A DNA stretch of 63,973 nt, the filler included, from Octopus bimaculoides (Eukaryota), in assembly GCF_001194135.2 (NCBI RefSeq). It is 9 parts of 9 records of this genome, joined end to end, with 100 filler letters (N's around TTAATTAATTAA, not from the genome) between each part and the next. Parts side by side here need not be neighbours in the genome. Positions count along the whole stretch, not along the records: positions 29,792 to 43,086 come from NC_068985.1; positions 43,187 to 54,997 come from NC_069007.1; 7 more parts are not named here. One strand, given 5' to 3'. Under the pieces are notes generated by a model, which had not been told where the DNA came from, did no database searches, and worked only from the letters and a program-made list of their open reading frames with translations. Both the position numbers and the translations under genes were made by a program. Positions 37,917 to 51,080 of the stretch are shown here, piece after piece (the first letter of the stretch is position 1; each line of letters starts with the position of its first letter).

Positions 37917-39604
37917 TTACACCGGCATGGTCACATGCTTCCGGTCAATAATCCTTTTCTTCCTTGGCTGTCGCCGAGCAAACACGAACCATTTCGTCCC
38001 NNNNNNNNNNNNNNNNNNNNNNNNNNNNNNNNNNNNNNNNNNNNNNNNNNNNNNNNNNNNNNNNNNNNNNNNNNNNNNNNNNNNNNNNNNNNNNNNNNNN
38101 NNNNNNNNNNNNNNNNNNNNNNNNNNNNNNNNNNNNNNNNNNNNNNNNNNNNNNNNNNNNNNNNNNNNNNNNNNNNNNNNNNNNNNNNNNNNNNNNNNNN
38201 NNNNNNNNNNNNNNNNNNNNNNNNNNNNNNNNNNNNNNNNNNNNNNNNNNNNNNNNNNNNNNNNNNNNNNNNNNNNNNNNNNNNNNNNNNNNNNNNNNNN
38301 NNNNNNNNNNNNNNNNNNNNNNNNNNNNNNNNNNNNNNNNNNNNNNNNNNNNNNNNNNNNNNNNNNNNNNNNNNNNNNNNNNNNNNNNNNNNNNNNNNNN
38401 NNNNNNNNNNNNNNNNNNNNNNNNNNNNNNNNNNNNNNNNNNNNNNNNNNNNNNNNNNNNNNNNNNNNNNNNNNNNNNNNNNNNNATATATATATATATA
38501 TATATACATGAACATACATATATTGTTAGAAACAGTATTAAGGTATGTTTGAGAGTGTGTATTCGCGTGAATGTGCATGAGAAAAGAACCACTGAGAGTT
38601 TTTACGTAGTAAACTTACATAATTTCTGTATCAGACACTAAGATTTCCTACTCTACTACCACTCCATTGCATCACTTAGGTTTTTTTACATTTCTTTTTT
38701 GACTGATTCCGTATGCTGGTAAAGTTTCGTATAGAAATGCCGATGTTATTTCAAGACGAACACTGGCACTTATTTATGTGAGTATGTGTGTGCGTGTGTA
38801 CAAGTGTGTGTGTATGTGTACGCTAATGTGTATGTGCGTATATGTGAGTGTGTATAAAATTATAAACACTGATATACTTTTGAGGAATGAATTAGCTAAC
38901 TCGACTGAGATTGACTGTGTTATTACATACATAGATAAACAAACTGTGTAGTAAAGAAATGGATGGGTAAGTTAGATAGGAAGAGTAACATCCCTTGTAT
39001 TTATGACTGTTATATCAGTCGCTCTTTCGAAGGTAGTTTTTGCAGTCTGAGATGGTGTGGAAGCCCTTAATTTATCAAGATGCAGCTTCAAGTAGCGATT
39101 GTATCACATATTCGCGAAAAACGCATATGCCGTGAGCAGCTACGCCGAAATGTCATCATGAGGATACCTTCTTATGCAATCTAATGCTGTTAAAACAATA
39201 TCTAATGGTGTCTTTTTGAACGTCTACTCTCAGTCAATTATAAGAAAATATCCATACGTTTTAATATATTTTTATGTTCCAAGAGAAAGAATATAGGTGG
39301 AGCATTGTAAACAAATTTCTGCCAAATTCAAAAATAATAAACGTGATATAGTCGTTTACAGCAAAAGAAATCTGTGTTGTCACAGAAGTCAATATCCAAT
39401 AGAAGTGAATATGTTCTTTCAAAATCATAAAGTGAACATTTATGAGCAACGGCCCTAAAAGCCTACATCATATGTACCCAGATTATAAAATTACATTGAG
39501 CTCGTAATCATTGCTGATTATTTACAAAGTTTTGATAAGAATCATGGTAAATTATTTACATCATCGACATTTGACGGATATTTATCCTCATCTTGTTTGT
39601 TGTT

Positions 39605-39650
39605 AACACAACGTTTCGGCTGATATACCCTCCAGCCTTCATCAGGTGTC
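39605..39650 (-). ncRNA. Minimal type I hammerhead ribozyme, intact core
   Basis: GACAC-CUGAUGA-A-GGCUG(GAGGGUAUAU)CAGCC-GAAA-C-GUU-GUGUU; 5-bp stems I and II, palindromic ACGU; predicted cleavage between 39610 and 39609. Confidence 0.75.
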
Positions 39651-39703
39651 TTGGGGAAATTTCGAACTTGGGTTCTCATTCGTAAGGTATTTTTCGATGT
39701 TGC

Positions 39704-39744
<41 letters not shown>

Positions 39745-39918
39745 TCACTGCCTGAAATCGAACTCGGAATCTTGGGGTTAGTAGCCCACGCTCTTAACCC
39801 GAAGATTCCAGGCAGTGACCTGAATAATAATAACAACAATAATAATAATAATAACAACAACAACAACAACATCGAAAAATACCTTAGGAATGAGAACCCA
39901 GGTTCGAAATTTCCCCAA

Positions 39919-39964
39919 GACACCTCATGAAGGCTGGAGGGTATATCAGCCGAAACGTTGTGTT
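39919..39964 (+). ncRNA. Hammerhead copy with G5C core substitution
   Basis: Same as 39605-39650 but CTCATGA (position 39926). Confidence 0.7.
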
Positions 39965-40320
39965 AACAACAAACAAGATGAGGACAAATAACCGTCAAAT
40001 GTAAATAATGTAAATAATGTACATAATTCCTCATCTCTTAAATATGGAACTGTAGAATCATGGTAAGTAAGGTTCTCTTATATAAAGAAAGAGTTAATCT
40101 AATATGCATTCTATAAATTCGACCTGTTAGCGGAATTGTGAAAAAATGGAAAACTTTTTTGAAGCTTGTCATGTAACTCTTTACTGTTGTTGTTACTAAT
40201 CCAATACCTAGAATACGGGATTTTGAATATAGGCCCTTTTGAAATGAAGGTATTAATCATTCAAATAGAAACAATTATAAATTAATTGAAAACTTTTATT
40301 TCGATTAAACTTAAACTTAC

Positions 40321-40497
40321 CGGCGCACTCCTTCGCAGACGTCATCTTTGATTCAGTTTGAACGTGAATAGGATGACCGTTGAAAATTAAACACCATCTT
40401 ACAGCTTGAAAATAGTCTCCTTTTTCCAGCCTAATATATTGATACGAAGCCGGAATATTTCTTAATTTTTCTAACTCTGAGTCGCTGAGTTCTCCAC
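40321..40497 (-). CDS. Exon: N-terminal half of a C-type-lectin-like domain
   Basis: Donor G|GTAAGT; 177 bp (alternative acceptor at 40509), phase 1-1, open: GELSDSELEKLRNIPASYQYIRLEKGDYFQAVRWCLIFNGHPIHVQTESKMTSAKECA. Confidence 0.8.
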
Positions 40498-40589
40498 CTG
40501 TTACTTTATCTTTTTTTTTTTTTTTTAAAGACAAACAAAATACAGTGATTAATAGATGCAGATTTCCTTTTCACAGAAATATTGATTTC

Positions 40590-40803
40590 TTTATTGCCCA
40601 CAAGGGACTAAACATAGAGGGGACAAAGGGATATGAAGTCGATTACATCGGCCCCAGTGCGTAACAGGTACTTATTTAATCGACCCTGAAAGGATGAATG
40701 GCAAAATCGACCTCGGCTGAATTTGGACTCGTAACTTAGCGGCAGACGAAATACCGCTAGGCATTTCGCCCAGCGTGCTAACGATTCTGCCAGCTCGCCG
40801 CCT
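40590..40803 (-). mobile_element. SINE family B
   Basis: Reverse GGCGGCGAGCTGGCAGAATCGTTAGCACGCTGGGCGAAATGC...GAGTCCAAATTCAGCCGAGGTCGA. Confidence 0.85.
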
Positions 40804-40851
40804 TCTTTTTCACACAAATATTCCCATTCCAAATATTCCCATTGCGCATAT

Positions 40852-40931
<80 letters not shown>

Positions 40932-42845
40932 GTTGGTGCTGGTGGTGGTGCTGGTGCTGGTGGTGGAAGGCGTGCACTGTAACAGCGCGTCACTGCTTCC
41001 ACCCATTTGTTGGTGAACCCATATTACTTCAAGCGGGTGACGCCTCATCGTCATTTAGGCGATAACCCTCCGACCCATTGGTCTATTTGAGTAGGTGCTG
41101 CAGTTGAGTGTTTTACGAAGACGGAATGCAAATCCTACCTCAACCTTTTGTAGTTGCCTCTTACAACACGCAGAGTAAACGTTTGACCTATTCTTTGATA
41201 TGCCAGTTTTGACACAGCACTTGAGCAACGTGAAATGATATGTTTTGCTCAAGAACACATGCTGCCAGATATGGGAATTGAACCCACGATCTGACGACCA
41301 TGAACGCAACCCTAACCACTATGCCATTAATTTACTTCTCGTAGGTTAGAGCTCAAATCTTTGTGGAGTCAATTTGCTTTCATCCCTCTGTGCCCAAAAC
41401 TAAATAGAAGGCATTTATTGGGATTGATTCCTCTGTAATTTAACACCATACGTTCCTATCATTGTAAATCATATTATTGCTGCTATTTACATATAATATA
41501 TCTAGTTAATACCTATGCACCCGTTCGGGCTTTCGCACATTTATTGACGGACTGTTGGTAATTCTGTCTCTGTTTTTCTCTTTGCCATAATCGAATCTAA
41601 TATTTTTAGTTTTCCCACCTTGTATCGCAAACACATTACGTTGCAGTTTTAGCCTAGCCTAAACTGAATTTCTTTTTATTTCTGTCTAAAACATTTACTC
41701 CACTTCATCCATCCCGAAGTCATCATCCTCGATGCAAACCCTTTGGGTTATCATACTATTCTCATACCGTTAGTGCTAGTACACAAGCCGCAACTTTTAT
41801 CACCATAGGCTCACTGCAACAATTAGTATCATCCTCTATACGTATTTTTAACTAATATTCATACACTCCAAACATCGAATAGTCCAGCTTCTTCTTAATT
41901 ACGACCATTACAACCCATTTTACTTTACTATGACTCTGCTAAGAATACAGCACACACATACACACACACACACCTCTTGGGCCCTGTTTCACATCAGGTC
42001 TGTTAACTGGTTACAGCTTCACCAGTGTTATGCTAACTCCTCTTGACTGTAAATGTGTTTCATCCCTAACCCATCTGTGACAGCTACGGAGGAGAGCAAA
42101 CTACACGTTTAAGCATGATCATTTGTATTTTTCATGCAAACAAAACTCATGACACAAAAATAGTTTACAAATAGCTGCATAACGAAACTCATGAGAGACT
42201 GCCACCCGTACACGTAAAAACGAATTCATTAATTGGACATTTTAAAAGATGTCCTACCTTAAATCTTCAAGTTGAAATCTACAAACATAACAGTATGCGC
42301 CTATGTACATCTTGTTGACCATGATTTTTCTGTAGATATTCCGTAGCCAGTAGCCACAAAAGGAATCGGACACGTTTGACTTCTGATTTGCAATCAACTG
42401 TACTCGCTCGATAAAACTCTACCCTCAATTTTTTTTTTCATTCCAGTTATCTTAACACGATGTAAAGGAAAATGATCAATTTTTTTCAGCTTCATACTCT
42501 CTCTCTCTTTCTCTCTCTCTCTTTCTCTCTCTCTCTTTCTCTCCCTCTCTTTCTCTTTCTCTCTTTCTCTTTTTCACTCTTTCTCTCCCCTTTTCTCTCT
42601 TTTTCTCTCTCTGTCTCTCTCTTTGTCTCTCTCCATTCTCTCTATCAAACTATTCTAAGTTTTGTGAACACATGGTACTATGTGATCCTCCTCCCAAAAA
42701 TGAAATCTCTGTGACTGCGTTCCCACTTCTAACAACTAATAAATAATTGAAACAGCTGTTAACAACCAAGCTTTCCAAAATTGACATTTCTCAGCAACTA
42801 CCAGTACGGCTCCCAGAAAGTTAAAACTGTTGGCGACCTGCTCAC

Positions 42846-42902
42846 TTATATTATTCATCCGCAAACCTTTATGTGACACACAGTACTCGTGTACAGGCAT
42901 GT
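42846..42902 (-). CDS. Candidate 57-bp upstream exon of the lectin-like gene
   Basis: Acceptor TTACTCCCTCTATCAAATAG, donor A|GTGAGC, phase 1-1, open: DMPVHEYCVSHKGLRMNNI. Confidence 0.5.
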
Positions 42903-43035
42903 CTATTTGATAGAGGGAGTAAACTAATACACAGCACAAACATTTGACGACTATAAATAAATCATCTATACAGACTGTTGACTAGGTAATTGCGAAAACC
43001 CCATCAGTCATATACCACAAGAGAGTCCACCATTT

Positions 43036-43086
<51 letters not shown>

Positions 43087-43237
43087 NNNNNNNNNNNNNN
43101 NNNNNNNNNNNNNNNNNNNNNNNNNNNNNNTTAATTAATTAANNNNNNNNNNNNNNNNNNNNNNNNNNNNNNNNNNNNNNNNNNNNTATATATATATATA
43201 TATATATATATGTAGATATATATGTATGTATGTATGT

Positions 43238-43268
<31 letters not shown>

Positions 43269-43284
43269 AACATCTATATACAAT

Positions 43285-43325
<41 letters not shown>

Positions 43326-44300
43326 TATATATATACATACACTCACAAATATATATATATACATACATACATATATAATATATACATGCGTGTGTGTGTG
43401 TGTATGTGTGTATGGAAGTGTGTGAATGTCTTTGTGCTGTCCCCACCATCGTCACTTGACAACCGATGCTGGTGAGCTTACGTCCACGTCACTTAACAGT
43501 TCGGGAAAATACCTCAATAGCATATGTCCTAGGATCGATGTCTTCGACTAAAAATACCCTGTAGGTCAGTGCTCCAGCATGGCTGCAGTTAATGTACTGT
43601 AAAAAGTAAAAGAATAAAAGAATATGTATACGCGCGCGTACACACACGTATTTAAGGCTGTACAATCAATCTTTTATAGTCAGGGGATTTTTAACCAGTT
43701 ACTGTAACTGTAGACATGATAACATATTCGAACCTACGAGAAGGTACGCTAGTATAAATCTGCGATTCAAGCAATTTCCAGTCTTCTCGATATTGAAGAA
43801 TATACCAGCGGATATTTAACCATTAATATTTGGTAAATGAGAAAAGTGTCGCGCAAGAGATTGGTCACAATAATTCAATGAAGCATAGATATTTGTCTCA
43901 ATAAGAAGACTAGCAGCTGACAGGATGAAACAGACATCGTCAAAATATTATATGAATATATAGGTATATATACATATGCGTGTATATTTAAGTATGTATA
44001 TGGATACACACACACACACACATACACACACATACACACATACACGCACACAGGCACACACACATGTATGCACTTCCGAGTGACGTCCATTTCGGAAGCT
44101 TTTAATTGAGAATTATGTAAATATCCTTAACTAGAATATTAGCGTATGTGGAGAGGCCATATTAATACATAGGCGTTTGTATATATGTACGTATGTATAT
44201 ATATGGATGCGTGCATGTGTGTGTGTTTCTCTCTCTCTCTCTCTTTCTTTCTCTCTCTGTCTGTCTCTCTCTCTCTCTCTCTCTTTATATAAATATGTAT

Positions 44301-44333
<33 letters not shown>

Positions 44334-46843
44334 ATGAACATTTAATATTCTATCATTTTATTATATTATATTACATTATATTATTATAAGATTGTAAACA
44401 AAACATGAAAATCGAAGTTGGAATTCTTTTNNNNNNNNNNNNNNNNNNNNNNNNNNNNNNNNNNNNNNNNNNNNNNNNNNNNNNNNNNNNNNNNNNNNNN
44501 NNNNNNNNNNNNNNNNNNNNNNNNNNNNNNNNNNNNNNNNNNNNNNNNNNNNNNNNNNNNNNNNNNNNNNNNNNNNNNNNNNNNNNNNNNNNNNNNNNNN
44601 NNNNNNNNNNNNNNNNNNNNNNNNNNNNNNNNNNNNTGTGAATAAACATTAAAAAGTATAAAAAAGGGTTTTGTATGATCGTATTATTTCAAAGAGTTCC
44701 AACTCTGTGTGTTTCTTATGTTTTATTTATATTCTTATAAAATTAATGTGGGATATAGAATTTGGAATATATAATATAAATAGTAAAACGAAATGAAGTA
44801 TTGAGTGTCTCATTGAATATATGAAATATTGAGTATTAAATATAGAGTATTAAATATATAAGGACTAGTATACTTTCCTGCCTCATGGCAGTCATCAAGG
44901 TCCCGTCTGACTGAGTAGGGGGAGCTCAGCCATACAATGATAGCCGATATGGATACAAAGTATGTTATATGGAAATTTACGGAAGTTTTAAGTATAGAAA
45001 TAAGAATAATCTAATTAATAACAGATTAGACTTTAGGGTCGCTTGTGAGCATATGATCACACGTACATTCAAATATTTTAGAAACAAATAATATTGTACA
45101 TATCATACTATAATTTGGTGACAGAAATTATCGGAACACACGCTCTCTTGTATGGAATTATATGTAATATTGCCCTCTTATAATCCTTAACTGTTTAACC
45201 TGCATTTATCCTATAAGAATTTCTTCCCTATCAGTCATAAGTATATTTTCGATGTTCTACCATATCCTGCGCCTCCATTAATTATATAACCACTATGAAC
45301 TGTTATGATTCTACACACATTTGTGCCTATCATAAGATATCTTACAAATATTTTATAAAACCATTTCCAATGGTATCTTTATCTTATTTTACTTATTTTT
45401 TAATTAGCTTTTGTTATGAATACCTTGACTTATCCGTATTTTTTTATTATCTTTTATCACTCTTTTATATCCGGTACAAATTTTATGGCATTCTCAATGT
45501 AAGACTTTTGTATTTACTTCTTTCTTTTTCGCATTTTATATAAAGCCTTTATTGAAATTTTATACAAATATTATTTTTCCATGTTTCCATTTGTTCGATT
45601 TTATTTCATTTTATATATATTCTTTTACCGTATATTATATTATTGTATTTTGTATATCTATATACCCTCTTAAAAACTGGTGTAGTTTCTATAGAATGTG
45701 AAGGGGCCTGTAACTTCTCTCTAAAATAATCATGATATAACATAATACAATATGGTATTTATAGTTATTTATATTTATATTTTATAACTTCACTATATAC
45801 TTCGTTTTTATTTATATATATATGATATTTTTATGCATATATATATATGATATTTTTATGTGTGTGTATATATATNNNNNNNNNNNNNNNNNNNNNNNNN
45901 NNNNNNNNNNNNNNNNNNNNNNNNNNNNNNNNNNNNNNNNNNNNNNNNNNNNNNNNNNNNNNNNNNNNNNNNNNNNNNNNNNNNNNNNNNNNNNNNNNNN
46001 NNNNNNNNNNNNNNNNNTTATATGGTATTTTTACACCTTCTTATATCCTTTCAGATTTTTCAAAAATGTTGATATTTTTATATATGAATTTTTCCAAGGT
46101 TTTTTAAATAAGTGCACCTGTTATAGAAAAAATTTAACTTATTTTTTAGCCCTTAATCTATGATTTTGATTCAATAGAAAATGTATACCCCTACTCCGAT
46201 GATATCTGAATTTTATCATAGACTCATTGTTGAATAGTTCTATCATGACCACCTTAACTAGAAAAAGCTAGAAAAAAGCATTATGAGGTTTCTATTATAT
46301 AAAATTACCACGCCGCTCTTATGACTTAGATTGTTTTATGTATTCTTCTTTCAATGCGTCCTTAAATCCTTTTCTAAATGATAATATTTTAATAGAGAAA
46401 TTTTCTAAGTTTAGCTTCACATTTTCCCCTGTATTTTTAATTCCCACGCTTTAGATCTGAATGTGAGTTCCCTTGTTTTCCATTTAAGGCCCCCGTTTTA
46501 GTTGATAATCAAAATATGATAAGACACACTTGCTCTTCCTCTTTCTGGTTATCACCTCATCTCTGTATATCATTATCTTGCGAGCATCTTCTGAGACATA
46601 TTCTTTATGTAGTTATGGCTGATCTTATGGTCATAGTGAAATAGAGGTGAGGAAGTGAATTTGACATTAATTAAATTATCACCAACTACAAGAACTTAAC
46701 TGTTAATTCCCAATGGTTTTAACTATAAGGGAATGTAGACTTCTTGCGTGACATAGTGATCTCATATCAAGATCAACAGCGCATGACCTTGCAGGTGGGG
46801 GCCCAATTAGAATTTTCTGCAAGTCGAGTAGTCCATCATGGCG

Positions 46844-46882
<39 letters not shown>

Positions 46883-47223
46883 CATTATTATTATTATTAT
46901 TATTATTATTTATTTATTTATTTTTAGTATGCATTTTTGTTACAGTTACTTGCCGAGGTACACCCTTCGTCCTAAGGCGCTTGAAGGATAAGATATGTTA
47001 GAGTATCATTAAAAACTTCGGAATAGAAATGGCAGGATCAACTGCGAAATACCTTCATCCAATACAACACAAACAATTAAATGGATAGGGTTTTTTCTAA
47101 GGTTATGTGCAGCACTTGTTAGAACAAACTTTTAATTTTCTTTGAGACATGGTTCTCCTGGGATGTTATCTAGATTTTTCTGATATTCTTTTTTTATCAT
47201 ACTTAGGGCACCTACAATTATTA

Positions 47224-47284
<61 letters not shown>

Positions 47285-47879
47285 CATCATCATTATTTAT
47301 GTATCTGAGGCCAACCATTATTTTAGTCATTTAGAGGGTGAGAATCGAAAGTACTTGTCAAATCCAGAGATTGATGTAATGCACCTGCACCCGTTACTCA
47401 AAATTGCTATCCTTGAGAGAAAATTAGAAAGAATCGCAATTGGCTTTGAAGTAGTTTCATGTAATTGCTGCTGTTGTCGTTGCTTTCATCATGTGGGTCA
47501 TGACATCTGTTTGAGCGTTACGCTTCTAGTAATTTTTACTATAAATTGTATTTCAAGACTTAACTACACAACTTCGAGAATTACATTTACATAAGAAAGG
47601 GGAAAAATAAGAAAAAGAAAAAAAGAAAAACCTCAAAGTTTAAATAAAATCCATAACAAGGTCGTAACGTCCAAAGTATATGAACCAACATTATCGAGGT
47701 GTGCGTAAATCGGTGCATCTCAATAGAAACTACACTGTGTTTATAAAACCAAGAATTTCCAAGGCTCTGAAAAACAGTTATTATTTTTATCGACCTTACG
47801 TAGAATCATATCCAAAGCAATTTACTATTAATTGTGTATAAAGAACGAGGAGTATTAATATTCATGAAACTGATCTTCA

Positions 47880-47930
<51 letters not shown>

Positions 47931-48080
47931 TATTTACATATTATTTTTTTTTCAGTTATATACTACACGCATTTATTTGATGTTATGTATTGATAAGACC
48001 GTACTGTTCGAAAATTTGATTTTATTCTTATACATACATTATATACATACATACACACATATATATAAGCACACACACAC

Positions 48081-48127
<47 letters not shown>

Positions 48128-48273
48128 TGTGCGTGTGCGCATTTGTGTATATATTTATATATGCATACACAGATAAATGTATATATATGCTTATATATAT
48201 ATATCCACTCATACATAAATCTCTCTCTATATATGTCTATATACTGTGTACATGTTTGTGTGTGTATGTCTGC

Positions 48274-48316
<43 letters not shown>

Positions 48317-48546
48317 TAGTTCCATATCTATCTATGTGTATGTAACCATCTACCGCAGTATACATAATTAAATCTTACATTATATGGATAGATGAATAGA
48401 AATAAACATAAATATATACAAACATATATATGTACATGTACACACACATATATATATATATATGTATATATACATAAATTAATATATATAAACACTTACA
48501 CACATACATATAATATATGTATGTATGTAAGCGTCTCAATTCTGTT

Positions 48547-48584
<38 letters not shown>

Positions 48585-48651
48585 TATATTGTACATCTAC
48601 GCATGCATGTATTTTGTAAACTACGCACACATATGCACATACACACGCACT

Positions 48652-48693
<42 letters not shown>

Positions 48694-48976
48694 GGTGTAA
48701 TATAAGAGGTATTTATAAAGCTATTAGTCGTGTCGAATTCAAAAAATCGTATCTATTTACAGCACCCACCCTCATCACCCACACTTTTGAAGCTATTAAG
48801 ACTTTGCTTTTCTTTCTTTATATATCATTTTATTCATTCGTTTTATTTATTTATTTATTTCTTTGCACATTTTTTCATCTTCTTTGAGCACTTATATCCT
48901 TAAATGACAACATGTACGGAAAGCTTTTTTTTTTCTGAACGTAAATTTTGTGAACTTAAATACTACATATATATTA

Positions 48977-49032
<56 letters not shown>

Positions 49033-49564
49033 ACATATACACATATATATATATATATATATGTATATATTTATATATATATACACATATATATATGTAC
49101 AGATATGTCTGTATGTATTCATGTAAGTGTGCATGTATGTTTATGTATGTTTAAATGTGTATATGTATGTAACTACGTGTGTGTATATAATAATATCAAT
49201 TTCCAGTAATAATAATATAGTTTATCCATTTTATGCTTCAGACCTTTTTTTATTCAGATATAAATCATAAATTCACTTTACAGTTTTAGTTTTTCATAAT
49301 GGCTTCTAGACGCTCTATCAATACCCTCGACGTATTTTACTCTCTGTATACTGTATTTATTGCTTAAAAGTAAAGACAGTTTACCACAAACTCTGTTAAG
49401 AGTGTTTATCATACTTAATTCAGATGGAAATTAAGAGTCCACGAGAGATATTATTTTTTAACAGAAGGTCTGTTGTAGACGTTTCGCGGCATAGATGAAA
49501 TGGCGTCAGTGTGAAAAGAAAAGTTTGGCTTTTGGTGTTGTTTATATATATATATATATATATA

Positions 49565-49980
49565 TCTGTGCTCTTGAACACACTGCGCAGCAAGTTGACA
49601 CCGTTGGATTCCGTTGGCTTCCATCTTATCGGTTATGAATGATCTGAGCCATGTACTTCTCATTCTTCGTTTGATTTACTTTTCTTTCCAGTGGTATTCA
49701 CTTGAGAACAGTTTTAGAATGATATTTTCCTGGTAGCCAGAGTATTTGAGTTGTTAATTTTAAATGTTCAATCTGTGATGTTTACTCGAAGTGGACTCGT
49801 ATGTCCATTTGAAACCAGTATTAGCATGGCGTTGTCCTGGCAGTCGTAGTACGTTACCTTCAAGTTTCATTCATCGTCCTGTGAAGATTTCGCTTAATAA
49901 TCTTGTGTTGTCACTCTCTAGAATGTGTCCGTTAGATACGTGACCATGCCAGTACGTGCACAGAATCCTTCTGAAGCAAC
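49565..49980 (-). mobile_element. Decayed RTE-like LINE 3' fragment
   Basis: WHGHV motif and KRRMRSTWLRSFI..MEANGI...AA, resembling the RTE GRPR.TW..D region. Confidence 0.45.
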
Positions 49981-50610
49981 ATTGGCCGAACACATCTAGC
50001 TTTGTCTTCTGTCACTCGGTTCTGCTCAATATATATATATATACACATATACGAGGACTGATCAATAAGTGTCCGGACTGTTACCATTGTAACAAGCTTC
50101 ACTCATCATCCCCTTATACATTCTGTATAATCTCTCTCTCTACACACACATATATATATATATATATATATGCATATATAAAAATCTATCTTCTCTCTGT
50201 TTCCATTAACAAATCCACTTAAGAGGAGACACTTGCTCACAGTGCCGCGCGCAGTAGCTGGACCCAAGAGCGTGCGATGGGGAAAGAATCTTAAATCTAA
50301 CCAGGAAAATTAAAGCGTATTCCATATTAAATAGACAGTCTGCTATAGATTTCGTTAAGGTGACATTTACTAACAGAGCAAGAGATATGGTCTTGTAGAG
50401 TTAAGTATAACTAACTTTACATTTATTATCTCTATGATTTAGTTGTTCTATCATTTACGTGATATTAAGAGCAATAACTTCTAATTCCTTTCAGAGTTAT
50501 CACTGAAATACACTCTTTAAAAAGTAATGAACCAAGGATGTTGTGATATAGATGCAGACTATGGTTCAATGTTACTTACACATACATACATATATATATA
50601 AATATATATA

Positions 50611-51080
50611 TGAGGACTGATCAATACGTATCCGGATTGTTGCCATTGTAACGAGCTAATGCAGGCAGAGTGAAGCTGCTTAGCAAAGATTTGAGGGGAA
50701 AATCGTCCAATCACCACCCGTTAGTTATCAGAGAATGTGCCAATTAGTTTTGGTCCAGTTCAGTCAAATTACCAATGAAGATATGCATATGAGACGTGTG
50801 TCTGCCAAATTTATGCCAAAACTGCTTTCAGTTGACCAAGAAAACACACGAGTTTCAGGTGCACAAGGACTTCTTGATTGTGTTGAGAATGATGAAAACT
50901 GTTTGAAAACTTTGCGTAGGCCTCTGAGCAGGCATCACCAAGCTTTTGGCAAAATTTGATGCAGATTCTCATCTCAACTTTCTCTATCATGGTCAATGCG
51001 ACGAAACACGCTAAACACCTTCCTTCGGAGCACTTTTGTAAGCATCTCTTTAGTTATCCGGCCTTTGAATTTTCAATGGC
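50611..51080. mobile_element. Rearranged mariner-family transposon fragments
   Basis: End repeat GAGGACTGATCAATA(A/C)GT(G/A)TCCGGA at 50053 and 50612; plus-strand MRRVSAKFMPKLL...ENDEN joined to minus-strand MIEKVEMRICIKFCQKLG...SEAYAK. Confidence 0.75.

Larger units (their letters stand above)
39551..40053. mobile_element. Head-to-head pair of a tRNA-headed, hammerhead-bearing SINE with 13-bp TSD
   Basis: AGAATCATGGTAA at 39538-39550 and 40054-40066; left arm (minus) and right arm (plus) are near-perfect inverted copies; tRNA-like head GGTTAAGAGC...GAGTTCGATT at 39740-39799. Confidence 0.85.

Noticed and set aside
44640-46660. AT-rich region with hints of an L1/Tx1 LINE (KSGVVILYN)
   Set aside because: Too degenerate to support by eye; needs a profile search.
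47391-47460. Signal-peptide-like MKLLQSQLRFFLIFSQG on the minus strand as first exon
   Set aside because: Two in-frame stops and a weak donor.
49470-49515. Minus-strand CTGACG...GAAACGTC hammerhead-like string (similar weak cases at ~4960, 13480, 39130, 60985)
   Set aside because: Stems I and/or II do not pair and cores have multiple defects.
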